DNA of 64,000 nucleotides from Polyangiaceae bacterium (GTDB lineage Bacteria; Myxococcota_A; Polyangia; Polyangiales; Polyangiaceae): NCBI GenBank assembly GCA_965222375.1, contig CBDCTZ010000009.1, positions 128,001 to 192,000 of the forward strand, read 5' to 3'. Shown piece by piece: positions 50,314 to 59,529 of this stretch (position 1 is its first letter; each line of letters starts with the position of its first letter). The notes under the pieces were generated by a model. It saw only the letters and a program-made list of their open reading frames with translations, ran no database searches and was not told where the DNA came from. The position numbers and the translations under genes were made by a program.

Positions 50314-51049
50314 CAAGGATCTGCGAGAGCGTGCGCACCGCCTGGGGTTGCACGGTCTTCTGGCCAACTGGGACGACGTGGTGAGCGCAGATTGGCTTGG
50401 TCCGTTGCTCGCCTACGAGGAAGCCGAACGCACCCGGCGCAGTCTGGAGCGTCGCATCAAAAATGCCCGGCTGGGTCGATTCAAGCCGCTCACCGACTTC
50501 GATTGGAAGTGGCCGAAGAAGATCGACAAGAGCTCCGTCGACGAGCTCTTTCGCCTCAACCTATTCGCCGAAGGCGCCAATGCCGTGTTGCTTGGGCCCA
50601 ACGGCGTCGGCAAGACGATGTTGCTCAAAAATCTCGCACATCACTGCGTGATGCGCGGCTATACGGTGCGTTTCACCACAGCCAGCGCCATGCTCAACGA
50701 ACTTGCGGGTCAAGACAGCAGCGCCGCCCTCAGCCGTCGCCTGCGCCAATACACCCACCCGCAGCTCCTGTGCGTCGACGAGGTCGGTTACCTTTCCTAC
50801 GACAGCCGCTATGCCGATCTGCTCTTCGAGGTCGTCACCAGACGCTACGAGGCGCTCAAGCCCGTCGTCCTGACCACGAACAAGCCCTTCAGCGAGTGGC
50901 CCGACGTCTTTCCCCACGCCGCCTGCGTCGTCACCTTGGTCGATCGCCTCATCCACCGCTGCGAAGTCATCCACATCCAGGGCCAGAGTTACCGCGCAAA
51001 GGAAGCCAAAGAACGCGCCGCCTCCAAAAAGGCGAACAAGCCCACTTAG
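50282..51049 (+). CDS. istB: IS21 helper ATPase
   Basis: [21 protein letters not shown], 'DRLIH' and 'GQSYR'. Confidence 0.93.
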
Positions 51050-51082
51050 ACGCGCCCATCTATGCGCCCTTTTTCATGACCG

Positions 51083-54000
51083 CTAACACGTGCTCAAGAA
51101 GCGCTTTCCAAAGTACGTCAGCCCGACCTCTACATCGCTCTCCTTGCCGGTGAACTTGTAGTCCTCCCGAAACGCACTCCACCGCGCGGGTCGGTAATCG
51201 CTCTCCGTCGATCCGTACGCCTCGTACGTCGTCCTCTCTACGAGTTCGCCGGTCGCTTGGTCGAGGACCACGCTCGCCGACCCGAGGTGGTCCCCCAGCT
51301 CGAAGAACACATGCAGCCGCGAGCCCCCAATTGGCGTTGGCACATCGTGCTCGGTGGGCTCGTAGACCAAACGCGCTAGGCGTACCCCGTTCGCGAACAA
51401 ATACCCGACTTCAGTCGTCGCGCTGACGTCGTACTCCCCACCAACAAACTCCGCCCGCCTCAGTTCCAGCGACGCGAAGATGTAAACGCTGTGCCGCTCC
51501 ACACTCATGGAGTCCTTCGCGGTCTTGATGACGCGCTGGTCTCCCGCGTCGTAAGCATTCGTCAGTTCGGTAACTGCGCCCCCGCCGAGCGGGTTGTCGA
51601 TCACCGACACAGCAGAAGACGACGAGTCCCACCGCCTCGCTCGCGTCAGGCGCCCCACCTCGTCCCACTCGTAAGCGAACAGCTGGTTGCAATTCGACCC
51701 AGTTGGCAGACAGTTGCCTCCGCGGTCTACCGCGAGGCGCGTTAGGTTGCCGCAATCATCATACCGAGCAGCAAGTCGCCCTGTGCGCGGCCCCGGTGAT
51801 GCCAAGTTTTCCGCGGAAGCCAGCTGGTACGGCTTCGGCGAAGCGCCGCTGACTGGCCCGTTGCTAATCGTGCCCAGAGAGCGATCGTAGAATCCGTGCG
51901 CATCGTCGTCGCTCTGCGATGTGTTCCCGAGCCAATCATACGAATAGGTCTGCGAGAGGACCCGCTTGTCGAATTCAACGTGAGGCGACGGCTTGGCTCG
52001 ACGCGGGTCCTGCAACGCCGCAGTCCCCGAGTTCTCCGCCGCGAACGGAGAATCCCAATCGTCGTGTCCGTTCTCGTATTGGTAGTCGACGCGCTTGACT
52101 CGATACAGGTCATCGTATTGCGCCTTCTTGGTGACGGGCTTGGCGCCGTCCGGCCACTCGTCGGCGATCCGCCAGTCGTGCACCTCGACCGGATTGGAGA
52201 CGACGTCATAAGTGATCTCGTCGTCTTGCAGCAGCAGCTGGAAGCTAGGCTGATGGTCCGGCCCGAACATTGGTGGCGGCAGGTACGCCGGTGGGACGTC
52301 GGTCCACTCATTCGGCGGCCCGCGGTAAGTTTGCACCGTACTAACGCGCCGACGCGTGTCATAAACGTAGTCGGTGCGCGTGTCCGCCAGATCGCCGTAC
52401 TGAACCGAGTCGAGCAACCCATCAGCGGCACGCACCACCTTCTTGACAAGCGTGTTGTAGCTCCCTTGCACGCTCTGCACCGTGCCGCGGCGGGAATAGG
52501 TCGTCGTGACGGCGCGCGTGGAACCTCCCGCGGGCACGCCTGCCAGCTCGGCCGTCGTGGTCCCATTCGTCGCCAAGATCTCGCGGTCCGCCGAGTCGAA
52601 GTCCATGTTCCGCTGGTACCACCGCGGGGCGTACCGCTGAGCGAACGAATTGGCCGGTGTCCCGGGCTTGGCGATGCGAACTGAACTGTCCGTGTTTCGG
52701 CCACGCCCGTCGAAGGTCGTCACGGTGAGCGATGCTCGGTCGTAGACAGCGACGAGCCGGCCGACGACGAAGGGTGCGACCGGCGGGTTGTTCGGCGGAA
52801 GATCCAGCGGGACCGTGTCGTAGTGATACAGCACTTCGATGCCGACGTTGGGCGGAGAGTAAGCCTGATGCTGGGTCTCACAGGGTGAGTAATCTTCCGT
52901 AAGAAGTCGCCCCAGACCGTCATAGGTGAAGTTGATGCCGCACCCGCGCGCGTCGCTCGTGCCAACCAAATCGCCGGCGTCGTTGTATGCGTATCGCCAC
53001 GCCTTGAGCGAAGCGTCGTTCGATGTCACGTCCGTGGTGAACCCGGCAGACGTGTTCGGCTCCACGTTGAGCACCATCCGCGCCTGGGAGTCGTAGCGCA
53101 TCCAGCGGGTCACGCTTTCGGTGCTACCGCCGAGCTGGCGCACGATCTTCTGGGGCTCGTTCGTGGGCAAGTACGTGGTCCGCGTCACTCTCTCCCGAAG
53201 CGCTGTCCCCTCGTGGAATCGCTCGGTGGTCAACGCAGTGCGCCCGTGCCCGTCCTTCGTCTCCGACGCGAACGTCCCGGCGTGCGGCCCCGCTTCCAAG
53301 TCCGCCGCGTCCCACATGTCCGTGGAGAGCGCGTGGTGTGCCGAGTACAGCGTGATCGTCCCGTCCAGATCGGTCGTGAACTTCTGTCGCCCGAAGGCGT
53401 CATACCGCTGCGAGCCGTACGGCGCACTCGGCACCGCTCCAAACGGGAAAGCGTTCCCCGCTCCGTTGTAGAAGCTCTCGAGATGTTTGCGTTCGACCGT
53501 GCCCTTATTGTCGAAGGCGACCTGGCCGCTGGCGATCCACTTCGCGCCGTCCTCATCGAGATCGGCCTCGTTCAGGGTGACTAGCGTGCGCCCAAAGCCA
53601 TCGATGTAGCTCCAGCTCTCCAGATACTCGGCATCAGTCAGCGCAACGCCGTCTTGCGTCCTGGTGTGAATGATCGAATGAAACACCTGGCCAGGCGTGC
53701 CGAGGTCGGGTGGCAGGAAGTATTCGATGATGACGCTCGGCAAGGGAGACAGCACGCCGGGTGCGTCGGGATGCGGTCGTGTCAGTGAGGCTAGCCGCCC
53801 GAACCCGTCATAGCTGACCGCAGTCGGCTGGGACTGCATGTCCACGACCTTCGTCGCCAGTGCGAACCCTCGGTCATACTCGTCGACGGTCGTTACCAGC
53901 TCGAAGGACCCACAGCCGTTGGTGCTCGAGCGCTCGGTGGTGGGCAGCTGCGCGTATTGCGCATCATAGTCTACGCTGCGACAGCGCCCGTTCGGCCCGA

Positions 54001-57000
54001 ACTCTTTGATTACGTTCCCGAAGCCATCGTAGTCGGTCTTCCAGACGATGTCCGCGCCCGTCGATGCATCCGCCGGCGGCAACGCGACAGCCCCACCTCC
54101 GACTCGGAAGCGGTCCAGAGCGATCGACCCGCTCAGCTTTTGCGTGCTCGTTTCTGGAACGCCCTCCGGCGTGTACGCCGTGAGCGTCTCCTTGAGGATT
54201 CCATTGAAATACACGTTGCCGTCGACGTACGTCCGCACCGTGCGCCACAGCCATCCGGTGGGATCGCCTGTGGGTCGGCCAGGCTCGGTCACCGTCGTGA
54301 TGACTTCATCGGTGCCACCAGGGCAGCCCTGCGTGCAGCCCAGCGCCACAGCCTTGCGACGATTGCCAAACACGCCGACCTGGCTCGAGCTCTGAGTGCG
54401 CGCCCGTCCCTGCATCGACTTCAGTGTTACCGTGGCGTTTTCAATCGTCCAATCGGCGTTGCTCGCTGTCGGCGGAATCGCATCGCCCTCAGTCGGTGGC
54501 GCGCGCTCCACCTGCACCCGCGGCAGCGTCACATTCTCGGTCGCGGGAACGAAGTTGTCCGTGTCGTACAAATACGAAGTCTTCGACGTCTCGAAGGCGT
54601 GCCGCACTTCGCGCCCATCGAGGCCCGTGTACAACTTGCGCAATCGGTACGCCATCGTCGCGGTCGAGAGAACACGCCCGCTCTCATCACTCTTCTCGCT
54701 GACGACAGGCAACCCCTTCAGCGCCTCGCGCGGGTTGTCGCGCCAGCGCTCTGCCAGGCTGCAGTCTTCCGTCAGGTTCCCCGGGGTCTCGTCAACGCAC
54801 TCGCCCAGCAAGAACTCCGTCTCGGTGATGTCCGTCGGGCTGTTGTCGTCCCCAATTCGCTTCGCCGTTGCATGCCGAAATCCCCGGAACTCCCGCTGCC
54901 GGCCCTCGTACACTGGGTCCCGATACGTGTAGTCCGTCACATACGTGCCGGCAGGTTTGCCCGCGACCGCGTGGTTGTCCGTCTCCGTGACGCGCTTCAC
55001 GACGTGCGCCACGGTGGGCATCTTCGAGGTCCAGGGCTGCGAACTTCCCTCGGCCGCCACCATCTCCGCCGTGGACGTCGAGTATTCGAGGTGCGTGGAC
55101 TTTCCGAGGCCGTTCTCCACCTTCGTCAGCATCCAAGGACGCTTGCCGCCCTGCAGATCGATGTACTTGTAGTCGTAGCCATTTCCCCAGAGCAGGTCCC
55201 GAGTGCCAGACCCATCCACGTCGACGAGGCGCACCCGGTTGGCGGTGCCTGGATTCACTGGTGTGTTGAAGATGATGTGCCGCTCGGTCCAGCCAGTGCC
55301 ATCCACGTTGATGTAGATGTCTGCGGCGTTGAAGCGCACCTCAACCAGATCCGCCAAGCCATCACCGTTGACGTCGTCGACCAAGAGCGAGTCGCCTTGA
55401 ACCACCTGGTAGTTGGGACTCTTCGCCATTGCGATATGGCGGCTGTCGCCGAAGCTGCCCGACGGGCAGTCCGAGCGCTTGCCCGTACCCCAGAAGCCAT
55501 TGCCGCGCCCCGGCCAGTATCGGATGTCGCCCGAGCGCACCCGCACTATGTCCGTGATTCCGTCACCATTCATGTCGGCAAGCTTGATGTCCGGATCGCT
55601 GAACTGAATCGGCGTGGCACTCCAGGGCAGACACGAGGTGACCGGGTCGTTGGAGATCGCCGCTGTCGAGGGCCCTGTGCGCACCGCGCTCCCGAACTGT
55701 CCGTCGCCGCCGGGATAGCGCCCGAGCGAGAAGAAGGTCTGCATCTCGGTGCCGGTGCTAACGACCACGTCGACCAGCCCGTCGAAGTTCACGTCGAAGA
55801 CTCGGATCTTCTCGTTTTCGTTGGTGAAATCGATCTTCACGTCCTGCCCGGACGCTGTCTCGATGTTCCGCCCCTGCCACTGCCAACCGCTCGGTGCGAG
55901 TGCAGGTGAGAACACCTCGTACCTCTTGAAGATGGGCATATGCACGAGGTTCGCGCGGCCATCTCCGTCGAGGTCGAAGGGCGAAACGTTGCTATTCGTT
56001 AGCTTGATGACGTTCTCGTCCGTGCCCGGCGGAACGTTGAGCGGACTCACCGATATTGTCGTTGCGGTGAAACCGAGCCCCAACGGGTTTCCTCCCCCGC
56101 CACTCGGCGCCACGCCATTCAAGAACAAGCCATGCTTGCCGCCGAACAGCGCCGGTGCCGTCACAATGACATCCGGCAGCGCGTCCCCGTTTACGTCGAA
56201 AAGATCAGTCAGCCCTTCGTCAATGGAGTAGGCGGGTCCGCTCCCCAACTGGTGCTGTGTCTCGTCGATGGCTTCATACCCGAGCGCACTCGGCGTTGGT
56301 TTCACATGGGAGTAGTCGAAGCGCATCGCCGGTAGTGTGGGGCACGTTGTCGGGTCGCCCTCATCGGGAGCGCTTTCTTCATCGCCCGAGCACCGTCCTT
56401 CGACCTGCACGCTTGCCAGCAGCGAAACGTGGAAGGCGTCGTCGTACTCCAGCAAATAGCGTCGCACCCGCTTGAAGCCTGCCGAACTCGCTGCGAACGT
56501 CTTGCTCGCAACTTCCACGGTAGCCAAGCGCAGGTTCTGCTCAATCGCCCACCCGCTCCGGTAAGACCGCGTCGGGTCGGGCCGAGGTGCGTAGTTCAGC
56601 CGGGTATGGTGCGCATAGGCGCTGAGCGCAGAATTCGCCTGCGGCGGCGTGTCGTAGATATCGGACAGGTAGACCATGCCCCCGTCTTGGAAGTAGCGAA
56701 AGACGACCAGGTTGGCCGGTGCAGGATTGCCGCTGGCTGGGTTCGCAGTGCCGAACGTGTCGTACTGCCGCACGAGGTGCCAGCGGTACACCTCGCTGAA
56801 GTCGTTGGGATTCCGCTCGAGTGCCGCCGTGTAGTTGCTCCCATCTAGCGGCTCACCCAGCTCCATCGTGACGCCGCTCTTGTCCTGCACGCGCCAGGTT
56901 TGGTGATTCGGCGACCAGAAGAATCGCAGGAAGGAACCCTCCACCCGCGGGCGGAAGTACTGCCAACCCGCCGCCCAGACCGGCATCGCTTCGGTCAGCA

Positions 57001-57829
57001 GCGCCCCCGCACACGAGAGCATGCCGTCCACGACGCAGATCGGCACCAGCTCCTGTCCACCGTTGAACACGAAGCGATCCTGATCCGGATCAAAACCAGC
57101 CGAGTCGCCATACCGCGGGATCCCGCGATCCGTCTGCCGCGCGATGAACGGCACTCCGATGTTCCAGCCCATGCCCGCAACGCCCAATCCGCCGCTCGAG
57201 CTGTAGGAGAGCGAAAGACTCGGCTGCGCACTCCCGCGGGCCGCAGGAAGCGCCAGCGGAACGCTGAACGTGGCAACGCCCGTGGAGAGCTGCGCCGAAA
57301 AGCTCTCCTCCATCCCCTTGATCGTGCCCGAGCCCTTGGGAATGCTGATGGCCTTGCTGGTCACTCCGCTCTTATCAGCCCCAGTGGGCAGCGCAATCGT
57401 GTTGGTCGGAGTTCCAGCCTTCGCTGGCTCGCTGAGGTCAGGTTTTTTTGTTTGGGCTTTCGAACCTTTGTCGCTCCCAAGTACTGCAGTGTCCGTGCTT
57501 GCCGCCCCCGCAGCGTCGCTCTCCACCGCATCCATCGGCATCTGTGCCAAGTCCGGCGCGTGCTCACTCACATCCCCGGCGGTGCTGCCCGCCTGAGCTG
57601 CGCCCTGTCCGGCGCTCGTCGCGCTCACGACGTCGTCATTACTGGAGTGCGTCGCCGCCGGTGCTTGCGGTCCGCCGCTTGACTCACTCGCGCCTCCGCC
57701 CGGCTCGGCTCCCTGCGCGTGCGTACGCCCAACGCCCACAATGAGCGCCGCTAGCCCCACCACCGTTCGAAGCCGCGTCGACCCAGTGCGCCGTTGCGCA
57801 TGACGACTTCCAGTGCGCCGCGCGGTCAT
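51083..57829 (-). CDS. Large secreted SpvB/TcB-like + FG-GAP + YD/Rhs-repeat toxin (TcB-TcC-like fusion), truncated at the core tail by IS21
   Basis: Signal-like N-terminus; 'TGVATFSVPL...QPSLSLSYSS..G.G..G.GW' SpvB motif; DxNGDG repeats; 'REFRGF'; YD repeats; 'DHLGS...YEAYG...FTGKE.D...GLTYFGKR'. Confidence 0.88.
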   Translation of the reverse strand: MTARRTGSRHAQRRTGSTRLRTVVGLAALIVGVGRTHAQGAEPGGGASESSGGPQAPAATHSSNDDVVSATSAGQGAAQAGSTAGDVSEHAPDLAQMPMDAVESDAAGAASTDTAVLGSDKGSKAQTKKPDLSEPAKAGTPTNTIALPTGADKSGVTSKAISIPKGSGTIKGMEESFSAQLSTGVATFSVPLALPAARGSAQPSLSLSYSSSGGLGVAGMGWNIGVPFIARQTDRGIPRYGDSAGFDPDQDRFVFNGGQELVPICVVDGMLSCAGALLTEAMPVWAAGWQYFRPRVEGSFLRFFWSPNHQTWRVQDKSGVTMELGEPLDGSNYTAALERNPNDFSEVYRWHLVRQYDTFGTANPASGNPAPANLVVFRYFQDGGMVYLSDIYDTPPQANSALSAYAHHTRLNYAPRPDPTRSYRSGWAIEQNLRLATVEVASKTFAASSAGFKRVRRYLLEYDDAFHVSLLASVQVEGRCSGDEESAPDEGDPTTCPTLPAMRFDYSHVKPTPSALGYEAIDETQHQLGSGPAYSIDEGLTDLFDVNGDALPDVIVTAPALFGGKHGLFLNGVAPSGGGGNPLGLGFTATTISVSPLNVPPGTDENVIKLTNSNVSPFDLDGDGRANLVHMPIFKRYEVFSPALAPSGWQWQGRNIETASGQDVKIDFTNENEKIRVFDVNFDGLVDVVVSTGTEMQTFFSLGRYPGGDGQFGSAVRTGPSTAAISNDPVTSCLPWSATPIQFSDPDIKLADMNGDGITDIVRVRSGDIRYWPGRGNGFWGTGKRSDCPSGSFGDSRHIAMAKSPNYQVVQGDSLLVDDVNGDGLADLVEVRFNAADIYINVDGTGWTERHIIFNTPVNPGTANRVRLVDVDGSGTRDLLWGNGYDYKYIDLQGGKRPWMLTKVENGLGKSTHLEYSTSTAEMVAAEGSSQPWTSKMPTVAHVVKRVTETDNHAVAGKPAGTYVTDYTYRDPVYEGRQREFRGFRHATAKRIGDDNSPTDITETEFLLGECVDETPGNLTEDCSLAERWRDNPREALKGLPVVSEKSDESGRVLSTATMAYRLRKLYTGLDGREVRHAFETSKTSYLYDTDNFVPATENVTLPRVQVERAPPTEGDAIPPTASNADWTIENATVTLKSMQGRARTQSSSQVGVFGNRRKAVALGCTQGCPGGTDEVITTVTEPGRPTGDPTGWLWRTVRTYVDGNVYFNGILKETLTAYTPEGVPETSTQKLSGSIALDRFRVGGGAVALPPADASTGADIVWKTDYDGFGNVIKEFGPNGRCRSVDYDAQYAQLPTTERSSTNGCGSFELVTTVDEYDRGFALATKVVDMQSQPTAVSYDGFGRLASLTRPHPDAPGVLSPLPSVIIEYFLPPDLGTPGQVFHSIIHTRTQDGVALTDAEYLESWSYIDGFGRTLVTLNEADLDEDGAKWIASGQVAFDNKGTVERKHLESFYNGAGNAFPFGAVPSAPYGSQRYDAFGRQKFTTDLDGTITLYSAHHALSTDMWDAADLEAGPHAGTFASETKDGHGRTALTTERFHEGTALRERVTRTTYLPTNEPQKIVRQLGGSTESVTRWMRYDSQARMVLNVEPNTSAGFTTDVTSNDASLKAWRYAYNDAGDLVGTSDARGCGINFTYDGLGRLLTEDYSPCETQHQAYSPPNVGIEVLYHYDTVPLDLPPNNPPVAPFVVGRLVAVYDRASLTVTTFDGRGRNTDSSVRIAKPGTPANSFAQRYAPRWYQRNMDFDSADREILATNGTTTAELAGVPAGGSTRAVTTTYSRRGTVQSVQGSYNTLVKKVVRAADGLLDSVQYGDLADTRTDYVYDTRRRVSTVQTYRGPPNEWTDVPPAYLPPPMFGPDHQPSFQLLLQDDEITYDVVSNPVEVHDWRIADEWPDGAKPVTKKAQYDDLYRVKRVDYQYENGHDDWDSPFAAENSGTAALQDPRRAKPSPHVEFDKRVLSQTYSYDWLGNTSQSDDDAHGFYDRSLGTISNGPVSGASPKPYQLASAENLASPGPRTGRLAARYDDCGNLTRLAVDRGGNCLPTGSNCNQLFAYEWDEVGRLTRARRWDSSSSAVSVIDNPLGGGAVTELTNAYDAGDQRVIKTAKDSMSVERHSVYIFASLELRRAEFVGGEYDVSATTEVGYLFANGVRLARLVYEPTEHDVPTPIGGSRLHVFFELGDHLGSASVVLDQATGELVERTTYEAYGSTESDYRPARWSAFREDYKFTGKESDVEVGLTYFGKRFLSTC

Positions 57830-59514
57830 CAAGACCCCCCGTCGATCTGCAGCCCGCCGCCGCGCACAATCGGAACCGGGATCAGCTCTGCCACCACATC
57901 GGGCGTCCCCTCAATGCTCCCAAACACGCGCCCGTAGTCATCCCACGCGGTTGCCAGCGCTCCACCTGGCCACAGTGGCGTCGCCGCCAGCGCGACTCGT
58001 CGTTGGTCATCCGCGCGATGTGCGTTCTGGCGCGGCAGGGCGATCTCCGGCTTCGAAAGATCCAGCGTGATCCCGCCGCCCGTGGTCCAAGTGATCTCCT
58101 TGAGCCACAGCTCTTCTGCTTTCGAGTCCGCCAGCACTGCCTCCGAGCGCCACGCGAGGAACACCCGGGCTCCAACCCGCGCGAGCGCCGGCTCACTCTG
58201 CCCAAGCGTCGTGTCCGTCGAGTACGGCGCAATGAGCGGGAGGATCGCAAACGAAGTCGCTGTCCCGGGCGCGGCCGTATCGAGCACCGCGCCCCGCAGC
58301 GTCGGCGTTCCAAATGCGCTCCCGCCCTCCGTGAACACTAGCAGCAAGCGCGAGCCATCAATCGCCACGAGCGCAGGCTTGTCCAAACTCGGGCCGGGGG
58401 AGGCGACACTCACTGAAAAGCTCACGCCCCCCGCTTTTGCCGCGATGGTTTCCGTGGTCCCCGTCCGCGCACGCCACGCCGCCGCCCAGCTTCCGCCCAA
58501 CGCCGCCAGCGCGACCTGTGACTCGTGCGCCGTCGTGTTCGCGAGCACTTGCTCGTTTCCTTGCGGACTGCCGTTTGCGGAAAGATTGCGCAGCTTGATG
58601 TCCAGCCCGGTTGTCGCAATCTTCGACTCGTCGACCCAGGCCGCCACCAGCTCGTTGCCGGTCCAAATCAGGTCCACATCACGCTGGTTGAAACTCGTGG
58701 TCTCGCTGACCCGCTGCTTCGCCCCGAGCGCTCCGCCCGCGCTCACCGTCCGCAGCGCAATCCCACGCCCATCGCCGTCCGCCCCGTTGTCGCTCCATGC
58801 AACTGCAAACCCATCCGCCGGCAACGCGGCGACGACAGGATGCGCCTTCTCGGTCGTGCTCGCGTCCTGCGCAACCATCGCGATTGTGCCGGGTACACCG
58901 TCCTCGTCAAAGATCCGCACGCCCACCTTCGGGCCTGCGTGGGTTTCGACGAAGGCGACCGCGAACCCCGACCCGTCGCCGCCCACCGGATGTCGCCCTT
59001 CACCAAGCCTCCGCGTCACCTTCGGTGGCACCCCGCCCTCCGACCCGGGTCCTGGCGATACGAGTACGTCTTGAACCACGCACTGCGCACTACACGAATC
59101 CGGTGGCGACGAACCCGTCCCGTCGTCGCACTCCTCCGTGATGGGATCACGCACGCCATCCCCGCAGAATTGCGACACGGGTCCGTCGAGCGGGCCATCG
59201 CTTGCACCGTCGTCCGTGCTGCCATCGGCCGGGGTGCCGCCTGTGCCTGCGCTCCCATCCACGGAAGCGTCGCCGCCGCCGACGCCGCCCGCGTCTTCGC
59301 CTCCGTCAATCGCGAAGCCGCCTGACCCAGCGTTGCCGCCTGCGCCGGCAGTTCCGGCAGCAGCAGCAGCGCCCCCGTTGCCGGCTGCCGCCGCAATGAC
59401 CCCGCCGCCACCGGCTCCATCTGGGCCACACGCCGCCGGCGTCGCTCCCGCGCACGCTACCGCCAGCGCTAAGGATGCGCGACCGATGGGTTGGAAGCTT
59501 GCCGCGTGGCGCAT
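57829..59514 (-). CDS. Lipoprotein with myxobacterial Cys-rich repeat and beta-propeller-like C-terminus
   Basis: Lipobox-like PAAC, Gly-rich linker and 'CGDGVRD...EECDDG'; TGATG overlap with the Rhs gene. Confidence 0.7.
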   Translation of the reverse strand: MRHAASFQPIGRASLALAVACAGATPAACGPDGAGGGGVIAAAAGNGGAAAAAGTAGAGGNAGSGGFAIDGGEDAGGVGGGDASVDGSAGTGGTPADGSTDDGASDGPLDGPVSQFCGDGVRDPITEECDDGTGSSPPDSCSAQCVVQDVLVSPGPGSEGGVPPKVTRRLGEGRHPVGGDGSGFAVAFVETHAGPKVGVRIFDEDGVPGTIAMVAQDASTTEKAHPVVAALPADGFAVAWSDNGADGDGRGIALRTVSAGGALGAKQRVSETTSFNQRDVDLIWTGNELVAAWVDESKIATTGLDIKLRNLSANGSPQGNEQVLANTTAHESQVALAALGGSWAAAWRARTGTTETIAAKAGGVSFSVSVASPGPSLDKPALVAIDGSRLLLVFTEGGSAFGTPTLRGAVLDTAAPGTATSFAILPLIAPYSTDTTLGQSEPALARVGARVFLAWRSEAVLADSKAEELWLKEITWTTGGGITLDLSKPEIALPRQNAHRADDQRRVALAATPLWPGGALATAWDDYGRVFGSIEGTPDVVAELIPVPIVRGGGLQIDGGS

Positions 59515-59529
59515 TGGGCTCTCAGGTGG

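Larger units (their letters stand above)
47877..51088 (+). mobile_element. IS21-family element (3212 bp) with 5-bp TSD CGTGC
   Basis: Ends TGTCAACGG.../...CCGCTAACA; internal inverted motif GCGTCTAAGTGGGC at 47898-47911 and 51040-51053; TSD at 47872-47876 and 51089-51093; the empty site is visible at 40372-40376. Confidence 0.92.
40391..51113 (-). mobile_element. Integrative element unit 2 (7500 bp after removing IS21 and one TSD)
   Basis: Bounded by CCAAAG cores at 40391-40396 and 51108-51113; the latter lies inside the full-length Rhs gene. Confidence 0.75.

Noticed and set aside
53957..55909. 650-aa + strand ORF and similar long antisense ORFs across the window
   Set aside because: Shadow frames opposite well-supported genes, expected at this GC content.
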